NCBI GenBank assembly: GCA_035493655.1
Contig: DATJHX010000081.1
Location: 1-36,196, forward strand
DNA from: Nitrosospira sp.
Lineage (GTDB): Bacteria > Pseudomonadota > Gammaproteobacteria > Burkholderiales > Nitrosomonadaceae
Length of the DNA: 36,196 nt
Reading direction: 5' to 3'
The notes under the pieces were generated by a model that did not search any database, was not told where the DNA came from, and saw nothing but the letters and a program-made list of their open reading frames with translations. Every line of letters begins with the position of its first letter. The first letter of the stretch is position 1. Positions 19,593 to 31,154 of the stretch are shown piece by piece. The translations under genes and the position numbers were made by a program.

Positions 19593-20227
19593 TGCATATG
19601 AATTCTGGTGGAGCGGTCACGGCTCTAAACGGGGCTCTAAATGGAAATGCAGAAGATGCGTTTCAGAAAATCCAGCTCAGTAAATGCAGGTACGCGGCGG
19701 AGGGGCGACTCAAAATACGTTTTATCCCTTCGCCCAATTTTGACGAGCGCCCGTTAGGATGCGACATCAGCCTGCTGGTAATTCATAACATCAGCCTGCC
19801 TCCGGATGAGTTCAAGGGCGACGGGGTGATCGAATTCTTCACGAATTCACTTGATTTCGAAGCTCACCCCTATTATTCGCAACTTCGCGGTCTCAAGGTT
19901 TCGGCTCACTTCTTCATTCGGCGGGATGGTGAAATCATTCAGTTCGTTCCCTGCGAGAAGCGGGCCTGGCATGCGGGAGAATCCTGCTGGCAGGGGAGGA
20001 ATCGCTGCAATGATTATTCCATTGGCATAGAGCTTGAGGGGGCTGATACCATACCGTTTACGGACGCGCAATATGCTGAGCTGGTGACGCTCACGCGCAC
20101 ACTGCAAAGAGTCTATCCCATTAGCGACATTGCTGGTCATTCCGATATTGCGCCGGAACGCAAGACCGATCCGGGCCCTTGTTTTGATTGGGCCCGTTAT
20201 CGCGCGGCATTGGACGTCGCCCATTGA
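19592..20227 (+). CDS. ampD: 1,6-anhydro-N-acetylmuramyl-L-alanine amidase
   Basis: SPNFDERP, IHNISLPP, VSAHF, RAWHAG, GIELEG, GHSDIAPERKTDPG. The true start may be further downstream. Confidence 0.95.
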   Translation: MHMNSGGAVTALNGALNGNAEDAFQKIQLSKCRYAAEGRLKIRFIPSPNFDERPLGCDISLLVIHNISLPPDEFKGDGVIEFFTNSLDFEAHPYYSQLRGLKVSAHFFIRRDGEIIQFVPCEKRAWHAGESCWQGRNRCNDYSIGIELEGADTIPFTDAQYAELVTLTRTLQRVYPISDIAGHSDIAPERKTDPGPCFDWARYRAALDVAH

Positions 20228-20281
20228 CCCTGTTGCCTGTTCAACCCGGGAAGAATGCCGAAGACCTGGCGCAAAAGCGGA

Positions 20282-21961
20282 TTAACGGGCGAATACGCGA
20301 AGCTTTTCTTTTTCCTGCTTGACGTTGGAATTGCTGGCACGGGGTGGAGGACTGATGGATAAGACTCCTTGGCCTTGCAGGTAGTCTTCGTAGCTGCCCT
20401 TGAAATCGGTGATCCCATCCGGTTTCATTTCGATGACGCGGGTAGCCAGTGAGGAAACAAACTCCCTGTCGTGGGAAACGAAAATCAGCGTCCCGCTATA
20501 TTTCTCCAGCGCGGTATTCAGCGATTCGATGGATTCCATGTCGAGGTGGTTGGTGGGTTCGTCCATGAGCAGGACATTATTCCGCTGCAGCATGAGCTTG
20601 CCAAAGAGCATACGGCCTTCCTCTCCGCCTGAAATCACCTGGATCGATTTTTTCACCTCATCCCCGGAAAAAAGCAGCCTGCCGAGAACACTGCGCACAG
20701 CCTGATCATCATCGTTTTGGGTGCGCCACTGCGTCAGCCAGTCTGTAAGCGACAGATCAGTTGCAAAATCGGCGGAATGATCCTGTGCAAAGTAGCCGGG
20801 ACGCGCTTTTTCCGCCCACTTCACTTCTCCCGCATCGGGCGCCAAGCCGCCGGCAATACAGCGCAGCAGGGTAGTCTTGCCGATACCGTTGGGGCCGATA
20901 ATGGCAATTTTTTCCCCCGCCTCGACGTTAAGGCTGAATCTGTGGAATAACGGTTTCTCCATACTAGGAAAACGCTTGCTGATGCTTTGCACCGACACCG
21001 CAAGGCGATGCAATTTCTCCCGTTCATCCACCTCGAGGCGGATATAGGGGTACTGGCGGCTGGAAGGCTTCACATCTTCCAGTTTGATTTTCTCGATCTG
21101 GCGAGCGCGGCTGGTGGCCTGCCGCGCCTTGGAAGCATTCGCGGAAAAGCGGCTTACAAATGCCTGTAGCTCGGCAATCTGAGTCTTTTTCTTGGCGTTA
21201 TCGGCCAGCATGCGTTCGCGCACCTGCGTGGAGGCGGTCATGTAGTCATCATAATTCCCCGGATAGATGCGGATTTCGCCATAATCCAGGTCCGCCATGT
21301 GGGTGCAGACGCTGTTCAGGAAGTGGCGATCGTGGGAAATAATGATGATTGTGCTTCTGCTCTGGTTAATGACATCTTCCAGCCAGCGAATCGTGTTGAT
21401 ATCGAGATTATTGGTGGGTTCATCCAGCAGCAGAATATCGGGATCGGCAAACAGCGCCTGTGCCAGCAACACTCTCAGCTTAAACCCCGGAGCTATCGCG
21501 CTCATCAGCGCCTGATGCTGCGACAGAGGAATGCCCACGCCCAGCAGTAGTTCTCCTGCACGCGCTTCCGCTGAATAGCCGTCCAGCTCGGCGAAGCGTG
21601 CCTCGAGCTCCGCGGCGTGCATATAATCCGCCTCGGTAGCGTCAGGGTTGGCATAAATTGCATCGCGTTCTTCTTTCACGCGCCATAATTCATCATGGCC
21701 CATCATTACAGTATCGATCACGATGCAATTCTCGAAAGCGAATTGGTCCTGGCGCAGTTTGCCGACCCGCTCACCGGAATCGACACTGACGTTCCCGGAT
21801 GTCGGCTCCAGATCACCCCCCAATATTTTCATAAAGGTGGACTTGCCCGAGCCGTTGGCCCCTATAAGGCCATAGCGGTTTCCGTCACTGAACTTGACGG
21901 AAACGTTTTCGAACAGAGGCTTGGCCCCGAACTGCATGGTAATGTTGGCAGTGGTAATCAA
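20282..21961 (-). CDS. ABC-F family ATPase (YbiT-like)
   Basis: Two ABC domains ([24 protein letters not shown]) and no transmembrane segments; TTG start. Confidence 0.93.
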   Translation of the reverse strand: MITTANITMQFGAKPLFENVSVKFSDGNRYGLIGANGSGKSTFMKILGGDLEPTSGNVSVDSGERVGKLRQDQFAFENCIVIDTVMMGHDELWRVKEERDAIYANPDATEADYMHAAELEARFAELDGYSAEARAGELLLGVGIPLSQHQALMSAIAPGFKLRVLLAQALFADPDILLLDEPTNNLDINTIRWLEDVINQSRSTIIIISHDRHFLNSVCTHMADLDYGEIRIYPGNYDDYMTASTQVRERMLADNAKKKTQIAELQAFVSRFSANASKARQATSRARQIEKIKLEDVKPSSRQYPYIRLEVDEREKLHRLAVSVQSISKRFPSMEKPLFHRFSLNVEAGEKIAIIGPNGIGKTTLLRCIAGGLAPDAGEVKWAEKARPGYFAQDHSADFATDLSLTDWLTQWRTQNDDDQAVRSVLGRLLFSGDEVKKSIQVISGGEEGRMLFGKLMLQRNNVLLMDEPTNHLDMESIESLNTALEKYSGTLIFVSHDREFVSSLATRVIEMKPDGITDFKGSYEDYLQGQGVLSISPPPRASNSNVKQEKEKLRVFAR

Positions 21962-22222
21962 AGCTTGCGTCCTGAAAAGAGTTGAGTTGAAGCGAAAAAA
22001 CCGTATATTTTATCCTATTTTTCAAGCAATTCGGAATATATTTAAAGCTATTCCCTTGTCTGTCATGCGGGCGAAAAACGTGAGGAGAAACGTTGCTCCG
22101 GAGAAGATAAACGGGTGAGGAGCTACAGGCAGGAGCTTTATGCCGGTGGAGCTTTAGTCAGTTGGGAAAACCGGTAAATTTTTTAATGCCTCGAATTTAT
22201 CACGTGAGCTGGCGGGAATTCA

Positions 22223-23344
22223 TCAAAAATTGACAGCTAATGATGTTGTCACAAACAGGCTGCTGTCTGCGCTGCTGCCATCGTTCCTGGTAAAGATCTT
22301 GTCCTTGCTGCGCAACGTTCTCGCTTCGACTCGCCATAATATGTTCTTTGTAAGGTTGTAATCAAAATTGGTCGAGAATCCCAATGTCTTAAAGCCATTG
22401 GGCGTATTGGATGTAATAATCACGCCGTGGCGGTCATCATAATATTCAGCCCTGAGCGCGATAGCCGTTTTTGGCGTCGGCTTATACCTCAGCATCGCTT
22501 CCGGGTTGAACCACATGTTCATTTCAGAAGAATCCCTGCTCTTCTGTTCGAAACCGACATCGAAACCGGCCATTGCGACAAGCTTATCGGTAAGTTCCAA
22601 AACTCCATAGAAGTTATGGAAATAGCGCATCTGCCTGCTGCTATCCGGCTTGTCGCTGCCTATGAATGTGCTGCTATTCAGGAATATCCGTGGGGAAGGC
22701 TTATAGGTAATCTGTGTGCCGAACGCGGGGATACTATTTCCGGGGACCGGCTTGATGTGCTGCCAACCGTTTATAACTAATGCGCTTAAAAACCATTTTT
22801 CATTCTCCGCTGTGTAGCTGATTTTAGCGCCAGTTTCAAAATAGGGCGTGTTATCCGCGCCGATGCTCCGTGTTAAAGTCCAGTTGTCCCTGCCTACCGG
22901 ACTTTCAAAACCGATATGTGAAGGGAAGACGCCCACATCCAGCCACAGATTGTTTTTTCCCGCGAGCTTTATGCCTACGTTCGCCTCGTAGAGATGCTTC
23001 AATATTTCCGGTTCGGCGGCATAATTGGCCCTTACATAGCTTCCGGCTGCAAATGCAAGATTAGCCCGGGCATTATGTGTTGCGTACGATCCTTTTATAA
23101 AAGCCAGATTTAGCGAAAGATCATTATTTTTATCGTAGCTGACCATAAATGACGGTTTTCTGTCTCCAACAAGCCTATCGTCAGCAAAACCATAGTAGGT
23201 CTCGGCGTAAGCGCGTACGGCAAATGGTAATGCAGAGCCAGTTGTATTATTGGCCTGATCTTGTGCACGAGCGTTCAGGCTGGCCAGCAGGAAGACGCCT
23301 GACGTAGTGAGTATCGTTACCCCCCGGCTTAAATATCTCAACAT
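22223..23344 (-). CDS. Outer-membrane beta-barrel porin (BBP2/DUF1597-like)
   Basis: Signal peptide, SHIGFES, PYFETG, NGWQ, amphipathic strands, C-terminal Phe. Confidence 0.8.
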   Translation of the reverse strand: MLRYLSRGVTILTTSGVFLLASLNARAQDQANNTTGSALPFAVRAYAETYYGFADDRLVGDRKPSFMVSYDKNNDLSLNLAFIKGSYATHNARANLAFAAGSYVRANYAAEPEILKHLYEANVGIKLAGKNNLWLDVGVFPSHIGFESPVGRDNWTLTRSIGADNTPYFETGAKISYTAENEKWFLSALVINGWQHIKPVPGNSIPAFGTQITYKPSPRIFLNSSTFIGSDKPDSSRQMRYFHNFYGVLELTDKLVAMAGFDVGFEQKSRDSSEMNMWFNPEAMLRYKPTPKTAIALRAEYYDDRHGVIITSNTPNGFKTLGFSTNFDYNLTKNILWRVEARTLRSKDKIFTRNDGSSADSSLFVTTSLAVNF

Positions 23345-23421
23345 TTGAGTACTCCGGGTTGCCTGTGATCCTGGGCCTGTGATCCTGTATCATTGCGGTT
23401 TCAAAATTTCAGTCCCGCTTC

Positions 23422-24390
23422 ATGAAAATCACCTTCCTGGATTTCGAGCAGCCTATCGCCGAGCTTGAGGCAAAAATCGACGAATTGCGTTTTGCCCAGG
23501 ATGACTCGGCGGTGGATATCTCAGCCGAAATCGCGCGCCTCCAGAAGAAAAGCCATTCTCTCACCCACGGCATTTATGCAAAACTGACTCCGTGGCAGAT
23601 ATCGCAGGTGGCCCGGCATCCCCAACGTCCATACACCCTGGATTATATTCAGCATCTGTTCACCCATTTCGATGAGCTTCATGGCGATCGCAATTTTGCC
23701 GATGATTACGCCATAATTGGCGGATTGGCCAGGTTCAACGGCCAGACTGTAATGGTTATTGGCCACCAGAAGGGACGGGATACGAAGGAAAAAATCCATC
23801 GCAACTTCGGTATGCCCAAGCCCGAGGGGTATCGGAAGGCGCTGCGCTTGATGCGTCTGGCGGAGAAATTTTCCGTGCCTCTGTTTACCTTTATTGATAC
23901 GCCGGGCGCCTATCCCGGCATCGGCGCCGAGGAGCGCGGGCAATCGGAGGCCATCGGGAAAAATCTTTATGTTCTGGCGGAGCTCAAGGTACCGGTGATT
24001 TGCACCATCATCGGCGAAGGCGGCTCTGGCGGAGCGCTGGCTCTGGCGGTTGGCGATGTGGTGCAGATGCTGCAATATGCGACCTACTCAGTCATTTCTC
24101 CCGAGGGCTGTGCTTCCATTTTATGGAAAAGCGCTGACAAGGCTCCGGAAGCCGCCGAGATCATGGGCATCACCGCCCATCGGCTTAAAACGATGGGACT
24201 GATTGACAAAATCATTAATGAACCAGCCGGCGGCGCGCATCGTGACTACCTGGGCATCATGCAATCAGTAAAAAAGGCCTTGCAGGAATCGCTCAGGCAC
24301 CTCCAGGAGCATTCGACCGAAGCGTTACTGGAGAAGCGCTTCGAGCGGTTGATGGGATATGGCAAGTTCAAGGAAGTCAAAGTCAAGTAG
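23422..24390 (+). CDS. accA: Acetyl-CoA carboxylase carboxyltransferase alpha subunit
   Basis: [40 protein letters not shown]. Confidence 0.98.
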   Translation: MKITFLDFEQPIAELEAKIDELRFAQDDSAVDISAEIARLQKKSHSLTHGIYAKLTPWQISQVARHPQRPYTLDYIQHLFTHFDELHGDRNFADDYAIIGGLARFNGQTVMVIGHQKGRDTKEKIHRNFGMPKPEGYRKALRLMRLAEKFSVPLFTFIDTPGAYPGIGAEERGQSEAIGKNLYVLAELKVPVICTIIGEGGSGGALALAVGDVVQMLQYATYSVISPEGCASILWKSADKAPEAAEIMGITAHRLKTMGLIDKIINEPAGGAHRDYLGIMQSVKKALQESLRHLQEHSTEALLEKRFERLMGYGKFKEVKVK

Positions 24391-25774
24391 TTTACCCGCC
24401 ACTGTCGAAAATGTATTGCGTGAACAGGTTCGGGCCGGCGACCATCTGGTGGTCGCGCTGAGCGGCGGCGTTGATTCGATCGTTCTACTGAATTTGCTGG
24501 TTCCATTGTCGGCTCAAATCCCATTCTCGCTTTCCGCCATTCACGTCAATCATGGCATCAGCGCCAACGCGACTGAGTGGAGTACCTTTTGCCGCAATCT
24601 GTGCCGTTCCATGACTATCCCTCTCAGAGTCGCCCAACTGAAAATCCGCAGGGAACCTGGCATCAGCCTTGAAGCGGCTGCCCGCGAGGGACGTTATAGG
24701 GAATTTCGCAAACTTGAGGCGGATTATGTCGTGCTGGCGCAGCATCTGGATGATCAGGCTGAAACACTGCTCCTCCAGTTGTTGCGCGGCGCGGGTGTGA
24801 AGGGGCTCAGCGCGATGCCCATCGCGGGCAACATTGCATCCAGTATGGAGAAAGGTATACCGAATGCGAGACCAAAGCTGTTGAGGCCAATGCTCGATGC
24901 ATCACGGCGCGAGATCGAGGAATATGCTCGAGAGCATGGCTTGCAGTGGATCACCGACGAAAGTAATGTTGACGTTTCTTTTGATCGAAATTTCCTCCGC
25001 CACAAAATTTTTCCTCTGCTGGAAACACGTTTCCCATCCTATCGAAGCACGCTATTGCGGGCAAGCCGCCATATGGCGGAGGCATCGATCCTGCTGGATG
25101 AATTGGCCGAGGCTGACAGCGCAGGATGTGCCGCTTCGGGAAAGCTTCACATCGACGAATTGCGCAAATTGAGCTTCCCCCGGGCAAGGAATCTCCTGCG
25201 TTACGCCTTGGCGCAGCGCGGGGCCATATTGCCCAGTACCGTAAAACTGGACGAAATGCTGCGGCAACTTCTATTGTTGCGCCCGGATGCAAAAATGCAT
25301 GTGGTTTTCGGAAATACCGAAATCCGCTGCTTCCGGGGAGAGGTTTACGTGGATAAGGCGAGAGTAGGTAAGGCGAGAATAAGGAGAACAAGCGCATATG
25401 AAGCAGGCCCATCCGATGTCGTGGAAGGGTGGCCGCAATGGCATGGGGAAAAAGAACTCGCTATCGGCGAGCTCGGCGTCATCCGGTTCGTGCGCCGTAA
25501 AAGTGCCGGAATCAACGTGAAAAAGCTTGTCGAGTCGCCAGTGACCATCCGTTTTCGTCAGGGGGGGGAACGCCTGCGTCCCGATTGCAATCGGCCGCGG
25601 CGCAGTCTCAAAAATCTGTTGCGGGAAGCATCGCTCCCTCCGTGGGAGCGTGAAGCATTGCCACTGATATACAGCGGCGAACATCTGGCTTGCGTGCCTG
25701 GCATCGGGATTGAATGCGATTTTCAGGCCGTGCCCGGCGAGCAGGGACTGTTAGTGAGCTGGGAACGAGGCTGA
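24359..25774 (+). CDS. tilS: tRNA(Ile)-lysidine synthetase
   Basis: SGGVDS PP-loop, [22 protein letters not shown]; follows accA. Confidence 0.95.
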   Translation: MASSRKSKSSSLPATVENVLREQVRAGDHLVVALSGGVDSIVLLNLLVPLSAQIPFSLSAIHVNHGISANATEWSTFCRNLCRSMTIPLRVAQLKIRREPGISLEAAAREGRYREFRKLEADYVVLAQHLDDQAETLLLQLLRGAGVKGLSAMPIAGNIASSMEKGIPNARPKLLRPMLDASRREIEEYAREHGLQWITDESNVDVSFDRNFLRHKIFPLLETRFPSYRSTLLRASRHMAEASILLDELAEADSAGCAASGKLHIDELRKLSFPRARNLLRYALAQRGAILPSTVKLDEMLRQLLLLRPDAKMHVVFGNTEIRCFRGEVYVDKARVGKARIRRTSAYEAGPSDVVEGWPQWHGEKELAIGELGVIRFVRRKSAGINVKKLVESPVTIRFRQGGERLRPDCNRPRRSLKNLLREASLPPWEREALPLIYSGEHLACVPGIGIECDFQAVPGEQGLLVSWERG

Positions 25775-25800
25775 GCAGGTTGTAAGCAGGTTGCGCGAAC

Positions 25801-26499
25801 TTATTCCAGCTCGAAAACAAGCACTTCCGCGTTCTTTCCCTGGTTGAAGATGAGCTGTTCTTCGCCTGTCAGCATTGCGCCATCGCCGCCATGCAGGGGC
25901 GTACCATTCAGTGAGACATTGCCACGCGCGATGTGAACGTACGCATACGCGCCTTGTGCAAGCGTGCGCTCGAGCTTTTCGGCGCCATCCAGGAGAGCGG
26001 CAAACATTTTTGCATCCGCATGGATTTTAACCGACCCCTCCGCACCATCAGGCGAAGCAATCAGACGCAGCCTTCCGCGCTTTTCGGCATCGCCAAAATA
26101 GCGTTCTTCATAGCTCGGTTGAATTCCTAGTACGTTTGGAAGAAACCAGATTTGCAGAAAATGGACCTTCTCGTCCTTGGAAGCATTAAATTCGCTATGT
26201 TGTACGCCTGTGCCGGCGCTCATGCGCTGCACGCTGCCCGGGCGGATGACCGAACCGGTTCCCATACTGTCCCGGTGCGCCAGCGCCCCTTCCAGCACAT
26301 AACTGACGATCTCCATGTCGCGGTGGCTGTGCGCGCCAAAACCGCGGCCAGGCTCGACGGTATCATCATTGATGACGCGCAGCGCGCGAAACTGGATATG
26401 TTTAGGATCATGATAATCCGCGAAAGAAAAACTGTGCCAGGAATTCAGCCAGCCGTGATTGGCATGGCCCCGCTCCCGGGCATAGCGTAGTTCCATCAT
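25801..26499 (-). CDS. Pirin family protein (YhhW-like)
   Basis: GWLNSWHSFSFA, HSHRDMEI, HSEFN, LQIW. Confidence 0.92.
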   Translation of the reverse strand: MMELRYARERGHANHGWLNSWHSFSFADYHDPKHIQFRALRVINDDTVEPGRGFGAHSHRDMEIVSYVLEGALAHRDSMGTGSVIRPGSVQRMSAGTGVQHSEFNASKDEKVHFLQIWFLPNVLGIQPSYEERYFGDAEKRGRLRLIASPDGAEGSVKIHADAKMFAALLDGAEKLERTLAQGAYAYVHIARGNVSLNGTPLHGGDGAMLTGEEQLIFNQGKNAEVLVFELE

Positions 26500-26556
26500 G
26501 ATTATCCTCCTCTCAAATAAAATGGAAATGGAAATGGAAATTGCATATGCTCTTCC

Positions 26557-28206
26557 TCATGCGTTGGTAGCCAGGGAGCTATCCGTGGGTGCCGGTGGGG
26601 CGCCACCGATATAGTGTGACACTCTGGGTGGCGCGCTGCCAATATGAAATTGGTGAACAATTTCCTGAACACGCTGATCCTCGCGGGTCACGCGTTCGTG
26701 CTGACGTAGATGATCGACCCATGAGGCATCCTGGAATATTTCGATATAGCATCCCGGCCTGGCAACATTCTCGAAAATCCCCCAGCCGAACGCGCCATCC
26801 CTCCGTCTTATTGCGCCAAGTTGCTGCATCGCATTCAGGAAGGTCTCGCGCTGGTCGAGCGCAATCTCGTATTCGACGGTTATCAGTACAGGACCTCGGT
26901 CGGTATCCGGTTCTTCCACAGCGGTGGGGTGCGGCCAATGATATGACGGGGCGAGATCAGGCATCGGGCCGGAACCAAGGTTGAATCTGCGCACCGCCAG
27001 CGCTGACAGTACCGCTCCGGCGGCCGAAATCAGCAGTGCTGCTGGAATTCCGGCATGCGTCGCGACCCAGCCCCACAGGAGGCTGCCAAGCGTCAGACCT
27101 GTGGAGAATACCATGAGGTAGAGGGATAGTCCGCGACCACGAACCCAGGCCGGAACAGAGATTTGGGCGGCAACCTGCAAGGACGATAAAACACTGACCC
27201 ACGCTGCACCCGAAAAGATCATTACTGCGTACAGGGCGGTTTCGTTGTGGACTGTGGCGAGGGCTGCGGTGGCTGCCGCATATACCACAGTGGCGGTGAA
27301 CACCAGGCGATCTCGTGAGATGTGCCTGAGCAGGCGCGGCAGAATAATGATGGCGCCCACAGCACCGACACCGACGAAGGTCAGGAGAAGCCCGTAGGTT
27401 CCCGGCCCACCCTGAAGTTCGTACCGGGCGATCAGGGGCAGAAGCGCCCATGCCGAAGTGGCAAAGACGATGAAGGCGGTTGTACGAAAAAGGACCGCGT
27501 GGAACGGTGAGGCCATGCGGGCATAGCGCAGCCCGGCACGCAGGGCCTGAAAGAAGCGCTCCGGCGGTAAGGCTCGCTTCTGGGGCTCATGCTTCCAGTA
27601 CCATAGCATCAGCACCATGCCCACGAATGATATCGCGTTGAGGCCATAAGCAGCCCATGCGCCGAATTGTGCCAGGAGCACGCCCGCCACCGCGGGTCCA
27701 ATCGAGCGCGAAACGTTCATCGACAGCGAGCCTAGCGCAACTGCTTGCGGCAACAGATTTTTTGGAACAAGTTCCGGCGCTGTAACGTTCAGTGCAGGCA
27801 TGGCCATCGCTCCACCGATTCCCAGGGCGAAGGTCAGAATCAACAGATTCCAGGCATCGAGCCGATCGGTGGCGGCAAGAAACGCCAGCGCGGCCGAGGA
27901 AAACACCAGCCATACCTGCGTGACGAGCAGATAGCGGCGACGATCCACGATATCTGTCAGTGCGCCGGCAATCAAAGTGAACAGTACCATCGGCAGCGAA
28001 GCGGCCGATTGTACGAGCGATACCATGACCGGAGAGGAGGACAGATCGGTCATTACCCAACCGGAGGCTGTGCCGTTGATCCACGTGCCAATGTTGGAGC
28101 CAAGTGAAGCCAGCCAGAAAGTCCGGAACACCGATACCTTCAGAGGCGCCCATGCGCTTGAATGCGGCGTTTCCTGCGATATGTTTTCCTCGGCAGGCTT
28201 GCTCAT
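26557..28206 (-). CDS. MFS transporter (MFS_3 type with C-terminal soluble domain)
   Basis: About 12 TM helices, SNIGTW, DIVDRRR, C-terminal RRRDGAFGW...HLRQHER domain. Confidence 0.9.
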   Translation of the reverse strand: MSKPAEENISQETPHSSAWAPLKVSVFRTFWLASLGSNIGTWINGTASGWVMTDLSSSPVMVSLVQSAASLPMVLFTLIAGALTDIVDRRRYLLVTQVWLVFSSAALAFLAATDRLDAWNLLILTFALGIGGAMAMPALNVTAPELVPKNLLPQAVALGSLSMNVSRSIGPAVAGVLLAQFGAWAAYGLNAISFVGMVLMLWYWKHEPQKRALPPERFFQALRAGLRYARMASPFHAVLFRTTAFIVFATSAWALLPLIARYELQGGPGTYGLLLTFVGVGAVGAIIILPRLLRHISRDRLVFTATVVYAAATAALATVHNETALYAVMIFSGAAWVSVLSSLQVAAQISVPAWVRGRGLSLYLMVFSTGLTLGSLLWGWVATHAGIPAALLISAAGAVLSALAVRRFNLGSGPMPDLAPSYHWPHPTAVEEPDTDRGPVLITVEYEIALDQRETFLNAMQQLGAIRRRDGAFGWGIFENVARPGCYIEIFQDASWVDHLRQHERVTREDQRVQEIVHQFHIGSAPPRVSHYIGGAPPAPTDSSLATNA

Positions 28207-28539
28207 CAGAGTAATGCTGCGTTTGGCGCGAGGAAATCTATGCTTCTACCGGCGGCCCCTGTCAAGGTTTCTCCTGTCTGGAAATCGAATTCAGCAGCGT
28301 GGATTTTCCGCTGCAGGCCCAGATAATTCCTTCCAGCCTGATCTGGCCGCCGAGATACCGGCCAGTTCCAACGGTTTCAGGTATCGGCACCAAGGGAGTG
28401 GGTAGAGCGTAAATCGCATCTTCTTTGTCATGTTTCCACAGAATATTCCAGCGCAGGATTGATTGGATCGGCTTGAATGCCTAATAAACCTTAACCGGGT
28501 AACCGCCACGTTCTTCAGCATTAAATATTTAATTATCGC

Positions 28540-28890
28540 TCAATACAGAGCGTAGAACCGGTCACTATTGATCTTCCCATCCTTCCAATGCTGAACAGCG
28601 ACCTGATCGAATTTCTTATATCCGAAATCCTTGTGCTTGTACTCGTAATGCCACTCGGTCATAGTCACGTTTTCACCCACGGCGGTCGATTTAACCTCTG
28701 ACTTGAGCCACGCTTCAACTCCCGAAAAAATATCCGACTCCCGGTCTTTGGCTTCTTTTAAACCTCTTGCTACCACATCATTCTTTTCCGTAACAACACA
28801 ATCCGGATCGTAATATTTATCCATGGATTCCAGTATCTGGCCCTTCAGAATCATGTTATTCAAATCGTTTAGCTTCTCTTCCAAACTCAT
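28540..28890 (-). CDS. SnoaL-like / NTF2-fold protein
   Basis: 116 aa ending QVAVQHWKDGKINSDRFY; AGGAG RBS before ATG 28890. Confidence 0.8.
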   Translation of the reverse strand: MSLEEKLNDLNNMILKGQILESMDKYYDPDCVVTEKNDVVARGLKEAKDRESDIFSGVEAWLKSEVKSTAVGENVTMTEWHYEYKHKDFGYKKFDQVAVQHWKDGKINSDRFYALY

Positions 28891-29053
28891 TTTTACTCCT
28901 CCTGGATTGTGATTCACCCATAAAAGTAGGTCTTATCTCCTGCCTGGTTCGAGCGAGTATTTATCGAAGCCATCGGTGGGAGGAGTGTCGCTAATGCAGC
29001 CGGCGAGGGCCAAAATTTATCGTTATTATCGTTATGGGTAATGTTTCGAGGCG

Positions 29054-29959
29054 TTAGGACACATGCCCCACGTGCCCCATCTTGCCGCTTTGGTAATCCA
29101 CAATAGCCTGGCGAATCTCCTCGTCATTGTTCATAACGAAAGGGCCGTGACCTACAATCGGCTCGTCTATCGGTTCGCCACAGAGCAGAAGCGCCGTTGC
29201 GTTTTGCGCGCTGCCGATCCGGATACATTCGCCCACCCGGTCAAAAAGACCAACTTCCGCCGGACCGATGGTCTCGCCGCCTTCTCCTTCTATATGCACT
29301 GAACCTCTGAACACCGCCAGTATAGTGGTATAGCCCTCCGGCACGGGAAGGTCGATCTGTTGCTTGCTATCCAGGCGCAGATCCCACACGTTGATCGGGG
29401 TGAACGTGTGGGCCGGGCCTGTAACGCCATTGAATTGACCTGCAATGACCCGTACGCTTCCCTGATTGTCAAGTAAGCTCAAAGCAGGAATCTGACTATT
29501 CGCAATTGGTTGATAGTGCGGTGGCGACATTTTGTCCTTGGCAGGGAGGTTGACCCACAACTGCACCATTTCAAACATGCCGCCACGGCGTGCAAAATCG
29601 CGGCCATGAAATTCTTCGTGAACCAGACCGGATGCTGCAGTCATCCATTGCACATCGCCGGGACCAATTTTGCCCCCACCGCCGGAACTGTCACGATGCT
29701 CCACCTCGCCGCTATAGACAATGGTCACCGTCTCAAAGCCGCGATGCGGATGCCCACCCACGCCGAGCCGTTTCGTTGTTGGCTGGAACTCGATGGGGCC
29801 AGCATAATCAAGCATCAGGAAAGGGCTGATAGCCGATCCCAGACTTGAATAACCAAAAAGTGTTCGCACGGGAAACCCATCGCCTACCCAGTGGCGCTCT
29901 GTGCTGCGCTGTACGCGCTGCAGCTTCTTGGCTGATGTTTCAGATTGTTTTGCCAGCAT
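29054..29959 (-). CDS. Pirin family protein
   Basis: HWVGDGFPV, HPHRGFETVT, GDVQWMTA, HEEFH, GPFVMN. Confidence 0.95.
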   Translation of the reverse strand: MLAKQSETSAKKLQRVQRSTERHWVGDGFPVRTLFGYSSLGSAISPFLMLDYAGPIEFQPTTKRLGVGGHPHRGFETVTIVYSGEVEHRDSSGGGGKIGPGDVQWMTAASGLVHEEFHGRDFARRGGMFEMVQLWVNLPAKDKMSPPHYQPIANSQIPALSLLDNQGSVRVIAGQFNGVTGPAHTFTPINVWDLRLDSKQQIDLPVPEGYTTILAVFRGSVHIEGEGGETIGPAEVGLFDRVGECIRIGSAQNATALLLCGEPIDEPIVGHGPFVMNNDEEIRQAIVDYQSGKMGHVGHVS

Positions 29960-30005
29960 TGGCTACCTCCTCTCTATGGTTAAAAGGTTATGCAAAATGA
30001 CGATC

Positions 30006-30590
30006 TCAAAATTCTCGATCATTAAGCTTTCTTTCGATGCGGGGATCAGGGATCACCCACATTACAGCCACTGCCACATAAAGGCTGAAAGCAATCCACC
30101 GGCTAGCGAACGAGAGTGGAATAGCGGCGGCATAGATAACTAAAGATATCTTTCCTTTAAAGTCTTGACCGACAGCTTTGGCCAACTGGGAATTCGTCCC
30201 TTGATACCTGATGAGTGCAAGCTCCAGGATGGAGTAGGCAATGGCAGCCATCAACAGAACCGTGCCATAGACCGCAACCGGCCACGTGGAAAAATGATTC
30301 TCGCCCATCCAGCCGGTGACAAATGGGAGAAGAGAAAGCCAGAATAGCAGGTGCAGATTGGCCCAAAGAATGGGCCCATTAATCTTTTGCACGGCATGAA
30401 GCAGATGATGGTGATTGTTCCAATAAATACCGACATAGACAAAGCTGAGCACATAGCTGATAAATACCGGAATCAAGGGGCGCAGTGCGGAAAGATCATC
30501 TCCATGCGGCACCTTCATTTCCAATACCATGATGGTAATGATGATGGCAATGACGCCGTCGCTGAACGCTTCCAGGCGATTTTTTCCCAT
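30006..30590 (-). CDS. TMEM175 family potassium channel (DUF1211)
   Basis: RLEAFSDGVIAIIITIMVL signature, YWNNHHH, LLPF. Confidence 0.9.
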   Translation of the reverse strand: MGKNRLEAFSDGVIAIIITIMVLEMKVPHGDDLSALRPLIPVFISYVLSFVYVGIYWNNHHHLLHAVQKINGPILWANLHLLFWLSLLPFVTGWMGENHFSTWPVAVYGTVLLMAAIAYSILELALIRYQGTNSQLAKAVGQDFKGKISLVIYAAAIPLSFASRWIAFSLYVAVAVMWVIPDPRIERKLNDREF

Positions 30591-30871
30591 CAACGATTTA
30601 CCTTGGGAGGCTTGGCCCGATGCGAAACTTTCCCTGCGGTTCGAAACAGGTGTTTCCGATATGACATATTGCATCACCGGCGTAAAGTACCATTTGAGGG
30701 GGTCGTTGCTGCTAGTAGCGCCGCCATATTGTTCATCCGGGCAATTCGGCTTGACCGTTAATCCACCTTCGCCATATTGCAGTTTTAATATAGCCTATAC
30801 AAAGGTTACGCTTTTCCGGATCGATTCGAAACTAGCCTTTTCTCGAATTCAGCGTTCGGGAAAACAGAACA

Positions 30872-31081
30872 ATGCAATATCGGCTTGATAATATTTCTGC
30901 CTTTCTACAGGCGGTAGAAACCGGGAGCGTCAGCGCCGCGGCCCAGCGCATGGGTTTGTCAAAGTCGGTTGTCAGCAAACATATCAGCGAGCATTCGTAT
31001 CGCGGACTACCCCATCCGGACTACCCCATCCTCAAAAAATTCATATCCATTCCTCTTGTAATGTCTTTTATTAAGGGATAG
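30872..31081 (+). pseudogene. Truncated LysR-family regulator (HTH fragment only)
   Basis: FLQAVETGSVSAAAQRMGLSKSVVSKHISE; similarity ends near 30992 and there is no substrate-binding domain. Confidence 0.85.
31003..31030. repeat. Exact 14-bp tandem duplication
   Basis: CGGACTACCCCATC x2. Confidence 0.9.
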
Positions 31082-31088
31082 AATTAAG

Positions 31089-31125
31089 GTAGACTGTTCG
31101 GTCTACAGTAGACTGTTAGGTCTAC
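31089..31125. promoter_or_regulatory. Tandem palindromic operators, probably TetR autoregulation
   Basis: GTAGAC-TGTTCG-GTCTAC and GTAGAC-TGTTAG-GTCTAC, 1 bp apart, about 30 bp upstream of the TetR gene. Confidence 0.75.
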
Positions 31126-31154
31126 CAAGGAACCGTTATGACTGGAGGAAGGGA

